DNA from: an uncultured Clostridia bacterium | GTDB lineage: Bacteria > Bacillota > Clostridia > Christensenellales > UBA1242 | Assembly: GCA_944372445.1 (NCBI GenBank) | Contig: CALVZE010000004.1 | Span: 1-58,585, forward strand | DNA: 58,585 nucleotides | Direction: 5' to 3' | In this document: piece by piece, positions 26,491 through 37,107 of the stretch | Layout: each line of letters starts with the position of its first letter | Position numbering within the stretch: the first letter of the stretch is position 1 | Program-made: the position numbers and the translations under genes | The notes under the pieces: model-generated | Told to the model about the DNA's origin: nothing | Seen by the model: only the letters and a program-made list of their open reading frames with translations | The model's database searches: none

Positions 26491-28020
26491 TTACTTTTTT
26501 ACTCTTTTTAAACCTTTTATTTTAACTTTTTCCTTAAATTTAACAATATATGACTGAATATTTACAAGATTAAAGGTTAAGCATAACGATATATAAATCG
26601 TAACTCCCAACCCTCCGCTTATTATTAGATTAAAAATTAAAGGAAGGAAATTTGAGAGAAGATTGCTGACAAACGAAGTGATAGCAAGGGTAGGAAGTGA
26701 CAAAAGCGCAAAAAGAGTTAATTCTTTTAATATTTTTACTTTTATTCCTAGCTTTCTTTTAAGCATAATTATATTTAAAATCATAGTGACAGTTGTGCTG
26801 ACACCCATGCCAAAAGGAAGCGACAAAACTCCCATAAACTTTGTCAACCACATCACAGAAATAAATGTAAAAATTCCGCCTATGATATAGTTGATAAACG
26901 ATTTAACTTCCAGCCCAACCGAATTTAAAATGGCAGATGTTATGTTTGTCACGCCCATAGGTATCATAATCCAACTTGAAAATTGAAGAAGCGTTCCACT
27001 CAGTGCTTCGCCATACAAAAACACACCTATCTTATCTCCTATTGCCACAAATATCGGCACAACAAGAAAGGAAATGAAGAGGGTAAAATTAATCGACGCC
27101 GTCACCCTTTTTTGGATGTGCGAACTATCATTCTGAGCCATAGCCATAGATATATCTGGCACAAGCGCAGTAGAAAGAGAACCTGTCAGTGTGGTCGGCA
27201 AAAAAAGCAGTGGAAAGGTCATGCCGAGCGCAATGCCGTATATGCTCATGGCCTGTGACGCCGTATACCCCGCCAGCATGAGCCTTGCTGGGAGAATTAA
27301 GGCAATGAGCGGTTGCACCAAACTTCCAGCAATTCGCACGCCCGTAATCGGTGCCGAACGCGATAATATTGTCCTATAAATCCTTGTGGGTTTGCCCAGC
27401 TTGCCACCATAAAAAAAGTATAAAATGACAACAAGAACAGCAGAAAAAACACATGAAAGAGTAAATGCCCAAGCAACAGTGGTTGCACTTTGAAGCACAC
27501 TCATACTCGCATTTAAAAGCAAAACACTAAAAGCAATCTTTATCACCATTTCAAAGAGTTCTGTCACGCATAGCGCAAAATAGTTATCATACCCCCACAT
27601 GGCGCCACGAAAGACAGAATAAATAGCTGAAAAAATTAGCGACGGCAGAAGTATAATTAATATATTTACACAATTTTCATCAGTAAACAAATGAGCAAAC
27701 AGATTTTTAAATATTAAAATTATCGCACACAGTATAACGCTGACAACAAGCGCTAAGAGTAGTCCAGATGTTATTAAACTCGCTGTCGCTTTTTTATCTT
27801 GCGAAACGCGATACGAAGCGGTCATTCTAGAAATGATGAGTGTTAAGCCACTTGAAACAACCGTCAGTAGCACCATAAACACAGAAAGCGCCACTTGATA
27901 AAGCCCTATCGCTTCCGCGCCTATCGTTCTAGACAGAAAAATCCTAAGCAAAAAGCCGAGCAGTCTTGTCAAAACTGAAAACATCGATATAAGCGCTACA
28001 CTTTTTAAAATTGATTTCAT
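26491..28020 (-). CDS. spoVB: SpoVB-like MOP-superfamily flippase (polysaccharide biosynthesis protein)
   Basis: TRLLGFLLRIFLSRTIGAEAIGLYQ, YGIALGMTFPLL.LP, SLSTALVPDIS, about 14 TM helices. Confidence 0.8.
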   Translation of the reverse strand: MKSILKSVALISMFSVLTRLLGFLLRIFLSRTIGAEAIGLYQVALSVFMVLLTVVSSGLTLIISRMTASYRVSQDKKATASLITSGLLLALVVSVILCAIILIFKNLFAHLFTDENCVNILIILLPSLIFSAIYSVFRGAMWGYDNYFALCVTELFEMVIKIAFSVLLLNASMSVLQSATTVAWAFTLSCVFSAVLVVILYFFYGGKLGKPTRIYRTILSRSAPITGVRIAGSLVQPLIALILPARLMLAGYTASQAMSIYGIALGMTFPLLFLPTTLTGSLSTALVPDISMAMAQNDSSHIQKRVTASINFTLFISFLVVPIFVAIGDKIGVFLYGEALSGTLLQFSSWIMIPMGVTNITSAILNSVGLEVKSFINYIIGGIFTFISVMWLTKFMGVLSLPFGMGVSTTVTMILNIIMLKRKLGIKVKILKELTLFALLSLPTLAITSFVSNLLSNFLPLIFNLIISGGLGVTIYISLCLTFNLVNIQSYIVKFKEKVKIKGLKRVKK

Positions 28021-28085
28021 ACATAATAATTTATTGTAATTTTTAAAAAGTTATGACAGTAAAATATAGTATTGTGGAGGAAGTC

Positions 28086-28250
28086 ATGAGCATAACAAAA
28101 ATTCCTTTCCCTTATTATAGAGTTAAAAAAGGCGAAAATTTAAAAATCATAAGTGAAAAATTCCAAATTGACAGCACAAAAATTTTACTCGACAACAACC
28201 TGTCACCAAAACAAATTAAAGAAGGTGTTTTTATAAAAATTAAAAAATAA
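28086..28250 (+). CDS. Small LysM-domain protein
   Basis: YRVKKGENLKIISEKF...ILLDNNL...IKEGVFIKI fits a single LysM. RBS GGAGG precedes ATG 28086. Confidence 0.7.
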   Translation: MSITKIPFPYYRVKKGENLKIISEKFQIDSTKILLDNNLSPKQIKEGVFIKIKK

Positions 28251-28263
28251 CAGTAAAACACAA

Positions 28264-28299
28264 AAAAATCAATAAAAATCGCGTTTTTTATTGATTTTT
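28264..28299. terminator. Bidirectional terminator between convergent LysM and VTT genes
   Basis: Perfect 15-bp inverted repeat AAAAATCAATAAAAA / TTTTTATTGATTTTT with a 6-nt loop. Confidence 0.7.
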
Positions 28300-28302
28300 C
28301 AA

Positions 28303-29193
28303 TTATTTTTCATCTTTTTTAATTTTTTCGTTGTTTATCTTAGTTTTAAACTCGTTTATTTCTTTTTTCTCACTCGTTTCTTTTATTCTATCTCGCGGAC
28401 TCACTCTGTCTTTTATTTCATTATTTTTTAATATTTCTTCTCTGTCAATTACATACTCTTTCTTTTTGTTTTTGAACAGATTTAAAAGAAAGTTTTCAAT
28501 TTGTTTTTGATACTTATATGACAAAATTAAAACTGCAATAATAAGCACAATTAATATCGCCCAAACAATAAGCCCCCAGCCATGATACGGAATTAAATGT
28601 CCACTGCCAAAATAACTTACTGTGAAAATACCAATAGGTCTAGCGATTAAGTTGGTGACCGTAAAGAACGTCCAACTCATATTTGTTAGTCCTGCAACAA
28701 GACATAAAACATCATCTGGAAAGATAGGCAATAACATCATAATGAAAAATGAGTATTTAGCATTACTTAAAAAATCTGCCCATTTTTTACAAGTCTTTTC
28801 GCCAACCATGAACACAACCAGCTTTTTGCCAAACACTTTACCGAGAAGAAATGCCAACATACTGCCAAGAAGTATTCCAGCAAGTGACAAAAGTGATGCT
28901 TGAAGAGGTCCATAAACTAATGTTCCCGCAATGATTGTAACGGTCGATGGAAGAGGTATGAAAGTAACTTGGAGTAATTGGAGTAATACAAAACCAAATC
29001 TACCCCAAAATCCCCAGGACAAGATGATGTTTTGGAGTTTCTCAACCGAATTTATCTGTTCCCAAACTCCTGTCCAATTTAATATATAATATCCTAAGAC
29101 AACAATTCCAGCAATAATCACACAAACTAAAACAGTTCGCAAGATTTTTGCTTTTAGAGATAATTCCTTTTTCTCTTTAACTTTTTTCTCCAT
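28303..29193 (-). CDS. TVP38/TMEM64 (VTT/SNARE-associated, DedA superfamily) membrane protein
   Basis: LQVTFIPLPSTV, GILLGSMLAFLLGKVFG, MLLPIFPDDVLCLVAGLT. Confidence 0.88.
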   Translation of the reverse strand: MEKKVKEKKELSLKAKILRTVLVCVIIAGIVVLGYYILNWTGVWEQINSVEKLQNIILSWGFWGRFGFVLLQLLQVTFIPLPSTVTIIAGTLVYGPLQASLLSLAGILLGSMLAFLLGKVFGKKLVVFMVGEKTCKKWADFLSNAKYSFFIMMLLPIFPDDVLCLVAGLTNMSWTFFTVTNLIARPIGIFTVSYFGSGHLIPYHGWGLIVWAILIVLIIAVLILSYKYQKQIENFLLNLFKNKKKEYVIDREEILKNNEIKDRVSPRDRIKETSEKKEINEFKTKINNEKIKKDEK

Positions 29194-29318
29194 ATTTATA
29201 TATTATACTATTTTTTTATAAATTTGCAAACTTATAAAATAATTTTCCTGAAATTTGATGCTCAATATGACACGAGCGAAAATCATCCACAATTTTTCTT
29301 TTTTCTTTTTTATTTCTG

Positions 29319-30881
29319 CTAGGCTTTGGTCAACCTTTCTCTCGCGCTTTCCTCAGCCTTTTTCGTCACTTTCTGCGGACTACAAATCGAAACATCACTT
29401 GCAGGAAGCGTCATTCCAACGCCTAAATCCTCCACACCTTCCATAACGATACCATCCTGAGGCTGATAATAATCGTGCCTGATTTCTTTCTCTTCCACAA
29501 ATTCCCCGTCCTTATAGTATCTCAAATAACCCTTGCTTTCATAACCTTCTTTCGGCCATTTCACACGATAAAACTCGCCTTTATATAAAATCTTGTTTGC
29601 ATATTCTCCCTTTGTGTCTGGAAGTATTTTGTCTCCATTATGTGGTAAAACTTTCACAAGCTCGGCGCGCCTAACAATAGACACTCCTTCCATATTCTCG
29701 CCGTAAATTTCTACTGTAACCCTCTCTTCATCAGCAAGCGTTCTAATGTAAATTGGTTTATCTAAATTGTTTGTGAACACTAAATCACAGGCATTTCCCG
29801 ACACCATTGCATCAAAAGACAGTGGCACATAGGAAGCAGGAAGTGAATGATGATAAACTTCATCTATTTGAATTCCTGCAAGTAGTAAGGCATTATATAG
29901 TGTTGTGGAGGCTTGACACACCCCTCCGCCTACGCCGTCAACATAGACACCGCCGTAGATAATGTGTGCATTTTTATACCCATTTTCCTCAGTCCTTGCG
30001 CCCGTCACCTCATTAAAAGACACCGTTTGTCCACTTTCTACGACTAGCCCATTGAAACTTTCAAGTGCCTTCTTGACATTGTTTTTTCTATCTTTTGAAC
30101 TGGTCGCATAACTTGTAGAAAATTCACTTCTTTTAACTACGGAATTTAATAACTCCTCTTCGCTAAACTCTGGACTTATCTCAATGATAGGTATTTCAAC
30201 ATTTGCCACCTTGCCACCCTGCAAGCCTTCATCTATCCTTTTATATAGCTCATCGCGAAGCACGGTTACACTACTCTTACCTTCATCTACATGGAATATT
30301 TTTTCCTCATTTGGCGAAAAGACAAGCTTAGCAACCTCTTGTGACCTTTCAACCTCACCAATTATTTCCTCTATTTTTTCATCCACATCGGCAAGCACAC
30401 ATTTATATGAAATTTGAAAATCTTTTCCATTTTTCTTAATTTCTTTCGCCTTGCTTAAATTTTGAAAATAATTCCCTGTTTTGCCATATGATGCCACTTT
30501 TTTTATGTAAGGCTCAATCTTGTTTGTCACTTCAAAATCCGTGCCTTTAAGCTTCCACTCCTTGTCACCATACGATAGATTAATTTCAATGTCTGGTCGG
30601 CTTGTCAACATGTCAGTAAGCACCACATTTTCCGCCTCTGCCATTGTCATATTGCTGACATCAATGCCGTTGATTTTTGTGTTGTCATAAAACCTTGAAT
30701 TTGTTGTTAACGAATTTACAAAGAAGAATTGACAGACAAACAAACAACAAACCGCCACAGCTGATACAGAAAGAAACCAAAGAAAACCGCTCTTTTTTTC
30801 ACTTTTTACTTCTTTTTTTGCAATTTTTTTGCTATTTTTCTCTTTTTTTCTTAAATTTTTCTTATTTTCGTCTTTTTTCAT
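29319..30881 (-). CDS. VanW family protein (N-terminal TM, PG-binding-like region, VanW, G5-like C-terminus)
   Basis: FSTSY...RKNNVKKA, SFNEVTGART, GGGVCQASTTLYNA, HSLPASYVPLSFDAMV. Confidence 0.92.
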   Translation of the reverse strand: MKKDENKKNLRKKEKNSKKIAKKEVKSEKKSGFLWFLSVSAVAVCCLFVCQFFFVNSLTTNSRFYDNTKINGIDVSNMTMAEAENVVLTDMLTSRPDIEINLSYGDKEWKLKGTDFEVTNKIEPYIKKVASYGKTGNYFQNLSKAKEIKKNGKDFQISYKCVLADVDEKIEEIIGEVERSQEVAKLVFSPNEEKIFHVDEGKSSVTVLRDELYKRIDEGLQGGKVANVEIPIIEISPEFSEEELLNSVVKRSEFSTSYATSSKDRKNNVKKALESFNGLVVESGQTVSFNEVTGARTEENGYKNAHIIYGGVYVDGVGGGVCQASTTLYNALLLAGIQIDEVYHHSLPASYVPLSFDAMVSGNACDLVFTNNLDKPIYIRTLADEERVTVEIYGENMEGVSIVRRAELVKVLPHNGDKILPDTKGEYANKILYKGEFYRVKWPKEGYESKGYLRYYKDGEFVEEKEIRHDYYQPQDGIVMEGVEDLGVGMTLPASDVSICSPQKVTKKAEESARERLTKA

Positions 30882-30886
30882 AAACC

Positions 30887-30916
30887 TAGTATGTTCAAAA
30901 AAATTTTCTTTATAAC
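30887..30916 (-). promoter_or_regulatory. Possible sporulation sigma (sigma-G/E-like) promoter of the VanW gene
   Basis: Minus strand GTTATA-17 nt-CATACTA immediately upstream of the start codon. Confidence 0.4.
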
Positions 30917-30980
30917 ATTAAAATATTTTGTCGCTAGGCATAGAAAAAAACTTTAAATTGATGCAAAAAAAATATCAAAA

Positions 30981-31000
30981 AAGCATGCTTTTGCATGCTT
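30981..31000 (-). terminator. Hairpin at the end of cca
   Basis: AAGCATGC-TTTT-GCATGCTT with an adjacent A tract. Confidence 0.55.
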
Positions 31001-32225
31001 AAAAATTCCATTTATCAACTTCTTGAAGAAGAGCCTCTCGCTCGTTAGGTAACTTCCCGTCAAATACTTTGCTAAGTAAATCCTCTAAAATTTTATCATA
31101 ATTTCTGTTGTCTATTTTAGGAAAACTTTTTGAAATGTCTTCCTTATTTATCTTCAAATCATTAACACGAATGGTAAGTCCATAACGAATAATGTATTTA
31201 TAGAAAAACATATATTTGTTCATTAAACGCTTGCTCTTTTTTGCTAAAAGTGGAAATATCACATGGACATCGTCAAAATATTTAAAGAAATATTCCTTAT
31301 TTTTCATCTTGTTTATGGCGTTATAATACCCTGAAATATATACAAACACCTTCTGCTCTTGCTTATTAGTAAAGCCAAATTGTTTTTTTAAAAACTCTTC
31401 CAAAAAGGTTTCTAAACATTCTGGTTTTAAAGTGTCTATGATGTCGATTATAAGTCCTAGCAACCTGTCTTCTGCCTTCTTCACCATTTTGTATTTAATT
31501 TTTTTACATGGCAAGCCAAAATATTGCCAAACATTTAATCTATTTAAAAGACTTAGCGCTTGCATATAATCGCTTTTAATTTCTGGATAACGCTTGTCGC
31601 AATATATGATTTTTTCAAGCTCTGCAAACTTTCTGTTTGGTGACAAATCTCCGATGTTTTTTGTCATTAAAAAAGCTTGTTTAAGCGTTTTCTTGTCAAT
31701 TTTAAGTCCGAGTTCGCCGACAATTCTGACCATTCTCAAAATTCTTTCACCGTCATAATTCAACACTTCTTCTGCCGAGCCGATACAGCGAAGAACCTTT
31801 TGCTTTGCGTCAATCACGCCATGATAGTAATCGACAATCTCATCTTTATTTATATTGTAATAAATGGCATTAATAGTAAAATCTCTACGCTTGGCATCTT
31901 CTTTTATGTCCGAGGTTCTTTCCACTTTTATCGGACAATGTTTGCCATTATCTGGATAAAAATCCTTTCTAAAAGAGGTGAATTCATAACTTTCCGCATC
32001 CTTAGATATACTTATCGAATTGTACATGGAATTTTTGACTTTAACCTTGTAGCCATTAGCTTTCAAAATTTCACTAATCTCCTCAATGTCTACATCGCTT
32101 GCAAGATCCACATCTCCACCCTTTATACCCATTAGGCAGTTGCGAACATAGCCACCCACGACATATAAATCCTTAGGAAAGATTTTTGAAAGTTTGATTA
32201 AATTTGCAGATACAGGAATAAACAT
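30999..32225 (-). CDS. cca: CCA tRNA nucleotidyltransferase (class II, poly(A) polymerase family)
   Basis: LYVVGGYVRN, GDVDLA, EFTSFR, DAKRRDFTINA, DGERILRMVR. Start moved to 32225 on the basis of RBS AGGAGG. Confidence 0.9.
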   Translation of the reverse strand: MFIPVSANLIKLSKIFPKDLYVVGGYVRNCLMGIKGGDVDLASDVDIEEISEILKANGYKVKVKNSMYNSISISKDAESYEFTSFRKDFYPDNGKHCPIKVERTSDIKEDAKRRDFTINAIYYNINKDEIVDYYHGVIDAKQKVLRCIGSAEEVLNYDGERILRMVRIVGELGLKIDKKTLKQAFLMTKNIGDLSPNRKFAELEKIIYCDKRYPEIKSDYMQALSLLNRLNVWQYFGLPCKKIKYKMVKKAEDRLLGLIIDIIDTLKPECLETFLEEFLKKQFGFTNKQEQKVFVYISGYYNAINKMKNKEYFFKYFDDVHVIFPLLAKKSKRLMNKYMFFYKYIIRYGLTIRVNDLKINKEDISKSFPKIDNRNYDKILEDLLSKVFDGKLPNEREALLQEVDKWNF

Positions 32226-32417
32226 GTTTCCTCCTAACATAAGAAGTTTTTATAAGTAAAATAATTTTCAAAACAACGCAATCAAAAAAATTTATCTAAC
32301 TTTATTCTTAAACAAATCGCTTCTTGTATTTATCTTACAATTAAAAACAAAGAAAAGTCAAGAAAATAGCTTTAATATTTGACAAATCAGGCAAAAATAA
32401 CTATATTAATATATATA

Positions 32418-35060
32418 ATGAGAAATAAAAAATTTAAAAGCAAAAAGAATAAACAAAATGCGATATCTATTCCTGTCGTTCGATATCAAACTGATGTTGA
32501 ACATGGTCTTTCTGAGGAACAAATTGCCGAGAGAAAGGAACATAAACTTATAAATGACACAAAGATTAAGACTTCAAATTCATACCTTTCCATAATTTGC
32601 AAAAACATTTTCACTTTTTTTAACTGCATTTGGCTCATCATTGCCATCGCTCTTATCTGTGTCAGGGCGTGGGGAGATTTGCTATTTTTGTTTGTCGTCA
32701 TTGCAAACACGGCTATTTCTATAATTCAAGAAATTAAGGCTAAAAAGATAGTCGAAAAACTGTCGCTTGTCACCGCTCCAAAAGTTAAAGTGATAAGAAC
32801 AGGACTGCTTCAAGAGGTCAAAGGTGATGACTTATTACTTGACGATATAATAATACTTGAAAACGGAAATCAAATCCCTGCCGACTCAATAATCGTCAGC
32901 GGAAATGTGGAAGCGAATGAAAGTTTGTTGACCGGTGAAAGTAATTCCATAAAGAAAAATATCGGCGATGTGCTTTTGGCTGGTTCCTTCCTTGTGTCTG
33001 GGCAATGCTACGCCCGCGTTGACAAGGTCGGCAAAGACAACTATATTCAGACAGTCGCAGAGCGCACTAAGGACTTTAAACCACAGACTTCCAACCTTTT
33101 TAAGGACTTAAACAACTTGATTAAGGTTATCATCTTGATTTTGATACCTGTTGGAATATTGACCTTCTTTAAAGAAAGCGTCCTTTTAGGCACTTCAATC
33201 ACAGACTCCGTAACAAGCACAAGCGGTGCGCTCACAGGTATGATACCGGCAGGCATGTATCTGTTAATTACAGTTGGATTGTCGGTAGGAGTTATTAAAC
33301 TTGGCAAAAAGAAGACGCTTGTTAAAAATCTATATTCCATCGAAATGCTTGCTCGTGCCAATGTTCTATGCTTAGATAAGACAGGAACGATAACTGACGG
33401 CACTATGAATGTTGTCGATGTCATTCCTTTTGATACTAAAAAATCAAAAGTGGAAAGCGTAATGAAGGTTGTCTTGCAACACCAAAAGACAATGAACGCT
33501 ACAAGCGTTGCCCTTTTAAGTTATTTTGGAAAAGATACTGAAAGCATAGTGAAAGAGGTTGTTGAGTTTTCTTCTCAGAGAAAGTATAGCGCAACCACTT
33601 TAAAAAATGGAAAAACCTATTTTCTCGGCGCTCCGTCATTTTTGAAATGTCCAATTTCCTCTGAACAAAAGAAGATTATGATTGCAAACATGGAAAAGGG
33701 CTTTCGTGTCATCGGACTCTGCGAAAGTGACGGTGCATACGATGAAAAGGTTGCAGGAAAAAACGGAAAACTTGTCGCCTTTTTCGTCTTAGAAGACCAC
33801 ATCCGCAAAGACGCCGTGGAAACTATTGATTGGTTCAAGAAAAACAATGTGAAAATCAAAATTATCTCTGGCGATGACGCAATAACAGTTTCTAAAATTG
33901 CTATGCGCGTTGGCATTGAAGGCTATGATAGATATGTGTCGCTTGAAAATGTCAGCCTTCAAGAAGTAGCTCAACTTGCAAACAAATTTACCGTTTTTGG
34001 CAGAGTGACGCCAGAACAAAAACATATTTTGATTAAAACCTTGAAAACGCAAGGAAACACCGTGGCTATGACCGGCGACGGCGTCAACGATACTCTCGCT
34101 TTAAAAGAAGCAGATTGCTCCATTGCTATGGCAGACGGAAGTGAGGTGGCAAGAAACATCTCACACCTCGTCCTTCTTGAAAGCAACTTTTCCGCTCTTC
34201 CAAACATAGTCAAAGAGGGTAGGCAGATTGTCAATAATGTGCAGAAATCCTCTGTGCTTTACCTTATGAAAACGCTTTTTACTATTATGCTTTGCGTGAC
34301 AACCTTGGTGCTTAGAATTTCCTATCCTTTCACACCTAGACAGCTTTTGCTTCTTGAAATGTTTGTGATAGGACTTCCGTCCTTCATCTTAACCTTCCAA
34401 CCTAACAACGATATAATACGGGGAAATTTTATTCCGCAAGTTTTGAAAAAATCCATTCCGTGCGCGCTTATTTTGTTTATAAATGTGCTTATAGTTGTGC
34501 TACTAAACGCCAACACCGACACGCTGTCGGCTGACGAATTTTCCTCTCTTTCCACCCTTCTAGTTGTGCTTACAGGCTATATCAACCTTGTTTGGACTTG
34601 TTGGCCACTCAACAAACTTAGAACAACTTGCATTGTGTTATCCGGCGTTCTAATTCTTGCTTGCCTATTAGGTATGAGTCAGTTTTTCTCTATCACCACA
34701 TATTCCGTTCCTGTCATCATCACACTTATTACAATGCTGTTATGCACTGCCTTAATAATAGTCCTTGGCTTCTATATCAAAGAGTGGTATATGCGTAAAA
34801 AATATGGCTTAACACCTAATGAAAAAGGTATCATAGAAGTGCCAGCAGATGAACTTACGGGAGAAACAGAATTCGATAAAAAATTTAACAAACTCCTGAG
34901 CAGTTTCAACAGAAAAAAGAAAAAAGACAACCTTTCGCAAATGAATGAGGAACAGGTCGAAGAACTTTTAGAAAATCTTAAAGCAAGCGGAAAAGCGCAT
35001 CTTGACGAGGATGAAAATAACGAATTTATAAACAGATTAAAAAAGAAGTATTATAAATAA
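32418..35060 (+). CDS. Cation-transporting P-type ATPase (CtpE-like)
   Basis: LTGES, DKTGT phosphorylation site, ISGD, MTGDGVND. The M4 motif reads IPAGM. Start probably the ATG at 32418. Confidence 0.93.
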   Translation: MRNKKFKSKKNKQNAISIPVVRYQTDVEHGLSEEQIAERKEHKLINDTKIKTSNSYLSIICKNIFTFFNCIWLIIAIALICVRAWGDLLFLFVVIANTAISIIQEIKAKKIVEKLSLVTAPKVKVIRTGLLQEVKGDDLLLDDIIILENGNQIPADSIIVSGNVEANESLLTGESNSIKKNIGDVLLAGSFLVSGQCYARVDKVGKDNYIQTVAERTKDFKPQTSNLFKDLNNLIKVIILILIPVGILTFFKESVLLGTSITDSVTSTSGALTGMIPAGMYLLITVGLSVGVIKLGKKKTLVKNLYSIEMLARANVLCLDKTGTITDGTMNVVDVIPFDTKKSKVESVMKVVLQHQKTMNATSVALLSYFGKDTESIVKEVVEFSSQRKYSATTLKNGKTYFLGAPSFLKCPISSEQKKIMIANMEKGFRVIGLCESDGAYDEKVAGKNGKLVAFFVLEDHIRKDAVETIDWFKKNNVKIKIISGDDAITVSKIAMRVGIEGYDRYVSLENVSLQEVAQLANKFTVFGRVTPEQKHILIKTLKTQGNTVAMTGDGVNDTLALKEADCSIAMADGSEVARNISHLVLLESNFSALPNIVKEGRQIVNNVQKSSVLYLMKTLFTIMLCVTTLVLRISYPFTPRQLLLLEMFVIGLPSFILTFQPNNDIIRGNFIPQVLKKSIPCALILFINVLIVVLLNANTDTLSADEFSSLSTLLVVLTGYINLVWTCWPLNKLRTTCIVLSGVLILACLLGMSQFFSITTYSVPVIITLITMLLCTALIIVLGFYIKEWYMRKKYGLTPNEKGIIEVPADELTGETEFDKKFNKLLSSFNRKKKKDNLSQMNEEQVEELLENLKASGKAHLDEDENNEFINRLKKKYYK

Positions 35061-35083
35061 TAAATTTATCCCTTGAAAAGTAA

Positions 35084-35112
35084 AAAAGACATATCAAAGT
35101 GATATGTCTTTT
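35084..35112. terminator. Terminator between convergent ATPase and cysS
   Basis: AAAAGACATATCA-AAG-TGATATGTCTTTT perfect inverted repeat. Confidence 0.75.
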
Positions 35113-35200
35113 ATCTTAAAACCGTTTAATTATGACAAATTACTATTATTAATTTTATAACATCAATGAAAATGTTAAAGAAGTTTTTAAGTTTAAATAA

Positions 35201-36604
35201 CTAAATTTTGCTTAAATCATAACCGTCGCGAGTATCTTTCACTAAATAGCCTAACTTTTGAATTTCCTCTCGGAGGCTGTCAGCCAATTTAAAATCTCTG
35301 TCTTTCTTAGCTTGCCAACGCTTCTCGGCTAAATCTTTTACTTCTTTTGGCACGTCTATCTTTGTTTTTTCCTCCACTTTTTCTAAGAATTTTTCAGGGT
35401 TTTCTTTAAATAAGCCGAGTAGAGAATAAGTTGTTATCACGCTGTTAAGTAGTGCCATAACACTTCTATCGTTGTTTTGCAACTTTTCTCTTGCCTCTTT
35501 AAAGATATTAAATAGATAGGATATTGCCTTTGATGTGTTTAAATCATCGCGCATAGCGTCATCAAAATTGTTTTCAACTTTTTCATCCTTGCCCTCAAAC
35601 GCGCCAAATTTTTTTTGTGCATCGTTTAAAACGGTATAGAAATTATATAGATGTTTTTCAGAGTCTTCAAAAAGTTTGTCGGTTATATTTATATCTGTGT
35701 GATATGAATTTTGAAGTAAGGCAAATTTTATCACCTCAATATGGTATTTTTCCCTCAAATCTTCCATAAGAAGAGAGTTGCCGAGGCTTTTGCTCATCTT
35801 TTGACCGTTGACGCGAATTAGCCCATTGTGAATCCAATACTTTGCAAAAGGTTTGCCTGTAAAACTTTCTGTTTGAGCAATTTCGTTTTCGTGGTGAGGG
35901 AAAAGTAAATCTCTACCACCGCCATGTATGTCTATCTGCTCACCAAAGGTCACATAGTTCATGACAGAACACTCAATATGCCAACCCGGGCGCCCTTTCC
36001 CCCATGGAGAAGTCCAATAAGGTTCACCCTCTTTTGCCGACTTCCAAAGTGCAAAGTCAAGCGGAGACTTTTTAAATTCATCGTTTTCAATTCTAACGCC
36101 GTCAAGCGCCTCTTCCGTGCGCCTACCAGACAATTTTCCATATTCCTTAAATTTATCTACGCTGAAATATACATCACCATTTGGCGTTACATACGCCTTG
36201 CCTTTTTCTATCAGCTTAGAGATAAACTCAATCATATCTCCTATTGTCTTCGTGGCATATAGCCAAATATCAGGCTCGCCTATTTGAAACGCCTGCATTT
36301 CTTTATCTATCTTTTCTATCATTTTTTCGGCGTATTCCTTTGCCTCGACATGAAGTTCGTTTGATTTAGCTATGATTTTATCATCGACATCGGTATAATT
36401 TCTGGCGTAGATAACATTATATCCCTCTTTCACGAGAAATTTTCGCATAATATCATAGATGAGTGCTTGATATAGGTGTCCGATATGCGCTTCTGCCGAG
36501 GGAGTGATGCCACAGGCATACATCTTGACAGCCTTAGCATCTATCGGCACAAAAGCTTCCTTTTGCCTAGTTAGAGAATTATAAAATTTTATATTTTTGT
36601 TCAT
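35201..36604 (-). CDS. cysS: Cysteine--tRNA ligase
   Basis: AHIGH (HIGH-like), DFALWK, GRPGWHIECS, DIHGGGRDLLFPHHENE, KMSKS. Confidence 0.96.
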   Translation of the reverse strand: MNKNIKFYNSLTRQKEAFVPIDAKAVKMYACGITPSAEAHIGHLYQALIYDIMRKFLVKEGYNVIYARNYTDVDDKIIAKSNELHVEAKEYAEKMIEKIDKEMQAFQIGEPDIWLYATKTIGDMIEFISKLIEKGKAYVTPNGDVYFSVDKFKEYGKLSGRRTEEALDGVRIENDEFKKSPLDFALWKSAKEGEPYWTSPWGKGRPGWHIECSVMNYVTFGEQIDIHGGGRDLLFPHHENEIAQTESFTGKPFAKYWIHNGLIRVNGQKMSKSLGNSLLMEDLREKYHIEVIKFALLQNSYHTDINITDKLFEDSEKHLYNFYTVLNDAQKKFGAFEGKDEKVENNFDDAMRDDLNTSKAISYLFNIFKEAREKLQNNDRSVMALLNSVITTYSLLGLFKENPEKFLEKVEEKTKIDVPKEVKDLAEKRWQAKKDRDFKLADSLREEIQKLGYLVKDTRDGYDLSKI

Positions 36605-36642
36605 ATTAAATCCTTTAAATGATAATAAAAAAGCAATACATC

Positions 36643-37032
36643 TTAGATTTTTTTATTCAAATAGTAATTTAATTGTTCGATTGCTTTGTCAACTTCATGG
36701 TCTTCTTCGCCAAAAAACTTTTTCATCTCGTTTAGATAAGTATCAAGTTCTTTTCGACCTTTTTCGGTTAAATATAACATTCTGTTGCGCCTATCAAACT
36801 CACCATGTTTAACACTTACTACGCCCTCTTCTTCTAATTTCTTACTCAATAACGCAAAATTAGATTTTTTAACTCCGAGCTTACTGATAATCATGCCGAC
36901 AGACAAATTTTGATATACACTGACAAAATATAAAAACTTCACCCTCAAAAGGTTGTTCTTAGCAAAATGTTTTGTGATATTTTCAAGCAAAGCTTCTATT
37001 TCAATCAATTTGTCAAAATTTTTCATATACAT
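36643..37032 (-). CDS. MarR family transcriptional regulator
   Basis: wHTH pattern with DRRNRMLYLTEKG. Confidence 0.8.
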   Translation of the reverse strand: MYMKNFDKLIEIEALLENITKHFAKNNLLRVKFLYFVSVYQNLSVGMIISKLGVKKSNFALLSKKLEEEGVVSVKHGEFDRRNRMLYLTEKGRKELDTYLNEMKKFFGEEDHEVDKAIEQLNYYLNKKI

Positions 37033-37107
37033 TAATTATATCTAACCGTCTTTAATTTTGCAACTATTTTGCTTGCTTTTTAACTAAAAAGTTATTAAAA
37101 TAGTGAT

